64,000 nucleotides of DNA from Chiloscyllium plagiosum (Eukaryota), in NCBI RefSeq assembly GCF_004010195.1, contig NC_057718.1:2552996-2616995 (forward strand), read 5' to 3'. This document shows positions 62,000 through 64,000 of the stretch, piece after piece (within the stretch, counting starts at the first letter, position 1; every line of letters begins with the position of its first letter). The notes below the pieces were generated by a model, which saw nothing but the letters and a program-made list of their open reading frames with translations, searched no databases and was not told the origin of the DNA. The translations under genes and the position numbers were made by a program.

Positions 62000-64000
62000 G
62001 GTATCGAAAGTACAGGGCATTAGTGTGACCACATCTGGAATACTGTGTACAATTTTGGTTCCTTATTTAAGGAGGGATACAGTTGTAGATTAGATTACTT
62101 ACAGTGTGGAAACAGGCCCTTCGGCCCAACAAGTCCACACTGACCCACCCACCCAAACCCACCTAACACTACGGGCAATTTAGCATGGCCAATTCACCTA
62201 ACCTGCACATTTTTGGTCTGTGGGAGGAAACCGGAGCAGCCAGAGGAAACCCACGCAGACACGGGGAGAATGTGCAAACTCCACACAGTCAGTCGCCTGA
62301 GGCGGGAATTGAACCCCAGTCTCCGGCGGTGTGAGGCAGCAGTGCTAACCACTGTGTCACTGTGCTGCCCATAAAGTTGTACAGAGACAAATCAGAGGAG
62401 GTTGAGGAAATTGATCCCAGAGATGAAAGGCTTGCTGTATGAAGAAAATTTCAGCCTTTTAGGTCAATACTTTGTGGAATTGAGAAGAATGAGAGGAGAT
62501 CTAATGGAAGTGTATAAGATGATCAAGGGGATTGGCAAAGAAGATGTAAGATAGATAGTTCCCCTTGTGGGGCAATCTAGAGTGAGAGGTCATAGTTTTA
62601 GGGATAAGGGGCAGCAGATTTAAAACAAAGAAATCACTTCTCTCGAAGTGTCGTGAATCTGTGGGATCACTCCCCCAGAGTGCGGGGAATGCTGTGGGTG
62701 CTGAGGAAATTTAAGGAGGAGATGGACAAATTTTTAATTGCTAATGGGTTGAAAGGTTATGGCCAGTGGGCAGAAAAGTGGATTTAAGGCCAAGATGAGA
62801 TCTACCATGATGGTTTTAACTGGTGGAGCAGGCTCGAGGGGCTGAATGGCCTCTTCATGCTCCTGGATCTTATGTTGTTTGGTCTGCACCGTAACAATTC
62901 TGTGATTCTGCGAGTCTGGGAGGTAAGATGTAAGTGCTGCAGGCAAGAAACCTCATTTCTGAGGAATCCATCCTACATCAGAAAATCTTCATTTTAACAC
63001 ATATCTGTTAAACTTGCTGAAATGCTCCCATGTGCCTGCATGGTTGAAGCTTCAAAAGCGTCCAGGAAGCTTGACACCATCTAGGAGAAACCAGACCACA
63101 TGACTGGCTTCAGACAGAGCTTCCACTGGGTAGGTTTATGGGGATGGAGTGGTTACAGATGGGGCATTTTATACTGTGCGCTAATCAGACAGTGGACAGG
63201 ATGTGATACGATGGAGGTATAGAATCATATATTTTTCATCTTATTGAAATTATGTGGCAAGATATAAGATGCAAGACAGACTGGGTTTGTTTTCCTTAGA
63301 GAAGAGGTGATTGAGAGGGGATAGGGAGATGTATAAAATTATGAGGGTCAGAGAAAATCTAGACAGGAATCTACATTTTCCTCTGATAGATGGATGAATG
63401 ACCAGGGGCATTGATTTATGGGAGGGGTCAGGAAGTTTAAAGGAGATTTGAGGAAACTTTGTTTTCCCCAGAGGGTGGTGGGTCTCTGGAACTCACTGCC
63501 TGTCAGGGTGGGAGAGGCAAAAACCCTCAGCACATTGAAGAAGTAATGAGATGTACATTTGTGATTCCAAGACACATAAGCGGCTAAGAAATGGCAAATG
63601 GAGTTTAGTATCGATATGTGTGAGGTCTTGAATTTTGGAAAGTCAAATCAAGGTAGGAGTTTCATGGTGAATGGTAGGGCCTTAAAGAATGTGGTGGAAC
63701 TGAGACACCTTGGAGTTCAGGTCCACGGTTCTCTGAAAGTGGATTCACAGGTAGACAGGGCAGTGAAGAAGGCTTTTGACGCACCGGCCTTCACCAATCA
63801 GAGCATTGAGTTTAGAAGTTGGGAAGTTATGCTGCAGTTATACAGGACATTGGTGAGGTCGCACTTGGTATATTCAGTTTTGGTCATTCAGTTATAATAG
63901 GAAGGATGTCATTAGACCGGAAAGAATGCAGAAGAAATTTACAAGGTTGTTGCCAGAACTCAAGGGAGAGGTTGGACAAGATAGGACTTTTTTCTTTAGA
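62000..64000 (+). mobile_element. Several CR1 fragments
   Basis: MEFSIDMCEVLNFGKSN…LQLYRTLVRSHL; repeated CR1 3' regions. Confidence 0.75.
62088..62372 (-). mobile_element. HE1-type SINE
   Basis: Same consensus as the 45.9-kb copy. Confidence 0.85.

Overview
This is repeat-rich vertebrate genomic DNA, almost certainly from a cartilaginous fish (shark), judging by HE1-type SINEs, HER1/CR1 LINEs and Penelope elements. It has two N gaps (6305-7048, 36090-36338). (1) One complete spliced gene lies on the + strand: a ZNF395/ZNF704/SLC2A4RG-family transcription factor. It has 8 coding exons (17279-31358, 458 aa, all GT-AG and phase-consistent), a C2H2 finger and a C-terminal C-clamp/CR3, a probable CpG-island first exon near 12.7-13.0 kb and a probable polyA signal near 34.8 kb. 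(2) Downstream is a cluster of germline-joined, RSS-less immunoglobulin VJ exons, only partly visible in the ORF track: one intact (+, 42445-42780) and two pseudogenised (-, 47561-47912 and 55087-55551). All three have a 6-residue CDR3. Possible decayed leader, C-domain and TM exons lie nearby, suggesting a non-rearranging antigen-receptor-like locus. (3) At least a dozen short Penelope-derived inserts carry minimal hammerhead-ribozyme cores of several sequence types. Many are TSD-flanked and many are inverted dimers; one lies in the inferred ZNF395 3'UTR and one disrupts a VJ exon. The rest is LINE/SINE/LTR debris (including a SCAN-gag Gypsy relic) and minisatellites. Repeat boundaries are approximate and no database searches were run.
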